This document shows, piece after piece, positions 60,369 to 64,000 of a stretch of DNA of 64,000 nucleotides. How positions within the stretch are numbered: the first letter of the stretch is position 1; each line of letters starts with the position of its first letter. The notes under the pieces are model-generated. The model saw only the letters and a program-made list of their open reading frames with translations. It had not been told where the DNA came from and did not search any database. The translations under genes and the position numbers were made by a program. This stretch comes from Torpedo marmorata. Taxonomy: Eukaryota. The stretch spans positions 73,842,001-73,906,000 of the forward strand of contig OZ360230.1 in the NCBI GenBank assembly GCA_977017645.1, read 5' to 3'.

Positions 60369-61974
60369 AAGAGTTTCACATTTAGTTGAATGTAGGTAGT
60401 TGTGGGGTAAGAATCACTTTGGTCTCAGCATTCTTCCCCAATGCGTCCCTATAGCCATAGAAATTTCCTTTCAGATGTTTTATCTTGCTTCCTTTTGAAT
60501 GCTATTATTCAATTTCCATACTTTGCTGCTGCCGGTAGTACACTTCAAATCCTAACTGCTCACTGTCTTTAACAAAAAAAAAACATTTCCTGTGTCACTT
60601 TTTGCCAATCATCTTTATTCTGTGTTCCCTGGTTTTTCACCCTTCCACTGATGGAATCTGTTTCTGTGTGCATAACTTTTCATGATTTTAAATATCTCTG
60701 CTACATCCCCTCGCAACATCCTCTACTCCAAAGCCCAGCTTTTCTAATGTATCTCTCTCATCTCTGGATTAATTTCAGTAAAATTCTCCTATAATCTTTC
60801 CGAAGCGTTTTCATCTTCGAAAGTGTGGCTCCCAGAATGGGACACAAAATTTCAAGTGTCTGAACCAATGTTTTCCCTTCTGACTTCTGTCCTGTCGTTT
60901 ATAAAGGCCAAGATCACTTATCAACATTCTTCGCCTTTTTCAATCTGCTCAACATGGAACTAACCAAGAAACAATTTTTGCATTACAGTTTTATTTTGCT
61001 GATAGAACTAATTCACTGATAGGTGCCATTTTTAATTGATTCTAATTCTTGTCTGTCTAAGCTTCCCACTTTTTGGTTGATGTGTACTGACATCTAAGAT
61101 TGTACCTTCAGAGAATGATAATTTTACACAATCTGAAAATGTTGTCCTATTATGTCCTAGTCCTTTTGTAAATTATTGTGCATTTTTGTAAATTCGACAC
61201 ATCATTGCTAAGGTGTCCAAGAGTGTAACCAGTGTTCCATATGTTCTTTATTTTTCTTCTTCATAGGTTTTTGACAGGTTAGTATTTATTACCCTACTTA
61301 ATTTTCACTAGGAAAGTACTGTTGAATATTAGCAGTTACAGGTATATTAATTAACATTTCCTTGGCTTTTTGATTTACTTTTATATTTTGATGACCATGT
61401 GCATGAACTCCTGAATCACTTGCAATCACCATTTTTCATAGCTTCCAGCAATCCGTATCAGAGACAGATGTGAATGATCTGGTGTGAGTCAATAAAAGGC
61501 AGCAGAGCTGTGTAATCACCCCTTCCTCTCCTATCCCTTTTAGGTGAAATTGAGATGGCAGAACTGCTGCACCTGACTTCTGCTGAGGTAGGAGATTCAA
61601 TTACATAAGACTTCTAAGGAAAAAGGTCTCCCATATTCTCCCCTCCTGTGCTAACAGCTGCCCACTAATCATTTGATCCCCATATACTCCTTCTCTCGTC
61701 CCAACACTACACTTCACCAAACTACAATGAAACACATCCAAAGTAGCTAAAAGTTGGGGGGAAAAAAACAGTCACAACCGTTAAAAGACCTTTCACACTC
61801 ACCAGCAGCTAATCGGTGGTATGCCCAAGTACAGCCTTGGATTTACTTGCATATCATTGATACATTCTGTTTAGCTCCTGTGGGCACCATTAATTACCAG
61901 GCAAGGTTAGAATTCCATCCACCTGGTGATCCACAGCCTATTTTGCTCATTTATAAAAATGGGAAGGAAATTTT

Positions 61975-62440
61975 ATAGATTCTCACAGCACAGAAACAGG
62001 TTCTTTGGCCTAATTTATCTATGCCTGCTTGCATATCTACTCTACTCCCATTTGCCTACATTTGGTCTGTATTCCTCTACATCTTTCCTATTCATGTACC
62101 AGTCCAAATCTCCCAAATGTTATTAATGCATCTGCCTCTACCACCTCTTTCAACTTGCTCCATCTAACCACCACCTTCTATGTGGAAAAAACTGTCCTCA
62201 GATCCCCTTTAAATCTTTCCCTTCTCACTTTAAACCCATGCCCTCTAGTTGTAGCCTCCCCTACCCTGAGAAAAATATTGTGACTACTCTATCATTTGAT
62301 AAACCTCAATTATGGTCACTCCACAGTTTCCTTCGCTCCAAGGAAAACATTCCCAGCTTATCCAATTGCTCCTTTTAACTCAAGCCCTTCAGTCAAGTCA
62401 ACACTCTTGCAAATCTTTTCTGTACCACCTCAAGCTTAAT
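61975..62440 (-). mobile_element. Degraded CR1 3' fragment
   Basis: taaatctttcccttctcactttaaacccatgccctctagt matches the CR1 tail at 25130-25170. Confidence 0.6.
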
Positions 62441-64000
62441 CACATAATCACTTTTCTACAAAAAAAAAATTCCCGACAATGTTAATCATGGCCCCCAGAT
62501 AGGCAGATTGCTGACTTTCATCTTAACACTATTTCTCTTCTTAATTTATTAAATTGTTTTAGAATGGTTCACCACTTTTATTGGTTAAAAATGGACCAAT
62601 GTAGTGAGAAAGACTTTTAAAAAAATAATGTCAATGTAATTAATTTGTGAAAAGATATGATCAGGCTTAGTCTTGCAGTGAGTTGCTTGGATATTCAGTG
62701 CAGCTTTAATTATAAACAAGAAATGCAATTTTTTTTAAAAGTGCAGATGTATCATCTTTGAACATTTTACATTATTGGAAGGTACAAATGTCATTATTCA
62801 AATACAATTCAAAGACTGCAACAATTCAGTTTAAAAAGTCACTTTATCCATGGAGCAGAAATTTTGAAACTCACCAAGGAGGTAATCCACTGAAGAACTT
62901 CTTTAGATTAGTTCCATGCATTCTGTACAGTCCATTTTAAGATTATTCAAAGCCATTGCTAATAATGATCATTTTGCAATATTTCCATTTCAAATGGGCA
63001 TGTCTATTTAAGAGATTTGTCTTTTACGAGAACAAAATGCATAACTTTAGTTAATACAGTTTGCATAGTTACACCTGATTATTAATAAATGATGGCTGTC
63101 ACTGTCTTTCCATTACACATCTCAATGTCCTTTTGCTCTGAAGAAGTGTGGGCTATTTTTATGTTAAGTGTACTATACAAATGCAAGCATTTGTTTTGTG
63201 ACTTAATTTTCAGTACAAAACAATATCCAAATATAAAATTAATAATCTGTGGAATGCATGGGGTAATATTTCTCTGATAACTCAATATTTCATTATTGAA
63301 AAAGGTTGTCATGATCCAGCTGGGGCTATGATTCCCAAAACTTGGCATTTTGAAAGAGCTTTGTTAGCTGTATGCAATATAAGATAAACAGCTGTGTTAC
63401 TATATTGTTTCTGATGGAAACACAAACGTCATATTTAGATCAATAAATTGATTAAATGGGTCGACTTGGAAGATGATGTTTTTTTTTAAACCTATGGATA
63501 TGGTTGTTCAAAAAGACTTGCACTTTTCAAAACAAATACTTGCATTTTTACAACCAATGGTGCATTTGAAATGTAGCTACTGTTGTAAACTGCATTGCTT
63601 TTCAATTACAAATTGACAAAGTATTTTCAAAGTTCTTTATCTCCCAATGCAAAGTTATATGGCTGTTTGATGAATTAAAGTAACAGTATATACCAGCAAA
63701 GAGTGATAGGATGTGGGTCATTTCTATAGCCTCCCATCTTAAACATCTCTGTTGAATGAGTTGGTGGAATGCAGGTCTCTTGTGCACAATGATTAGTTCA
63801 TCATATAACTTGCACATGTCCTGGACCAAGCTGTTTTGAAGATTAATAATTCAACTGAATTGAAGAAAGGATTTTGTATCCTCCAACAATGTTTAAAAAA
63901 AGTTAAACACTAATAGTATTTGCAAGAAATTTCTTTACAGTATGTCTTCATCAACACATGAAATGCATCTCAGACTATTTTCAGAACTCAATCATCACTA

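Overview
Vertebrate genomic DNA, most likely from a cartilaginous fish (shark/ray; inferred from the CR1, Rex1/Babar, Penelope and L1 repeat spectrum). The window holds exons 2-17 of FARSB (cytosolic phenylalanyl-tRNA synthetase beta subunit) on the + strand, 6145-57620. All introns are GT-AG and phases are consistent. The coding exons total 1712 nt; with the 58-nt first exon known from human (not found here, presumably upstream) this gives 589 aa. Introns are packed with often nested transposon remnants. Most ORFs in the supplied track are TE fragments or artefacts. The most notable observations: (i) a dispersed set of minimal hammerhead-ribozyme-like motifs in Penelope termini, with a U3 core variant; (ii) a Tigger MITE with a ~300-bp internal palindrome of NRF1/YY1 motifs and outward-facing splice donors, just upstream of exon 2; (iii) an antisense L1 whose target-site duplication copied the exon 13 splice donor; (iv) a 5S-rRNA-headed SINE and a GC-rich non-autonomous family that share one Rex1-type 3' tail; (v) a 13-unit G-quadruplex-type minisatellite and a four-layer TE nest in the 22-kb last intron. 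Exon boundaries were read by eye and agree with recalled human exon sizes; repeat boundaries are approximate.
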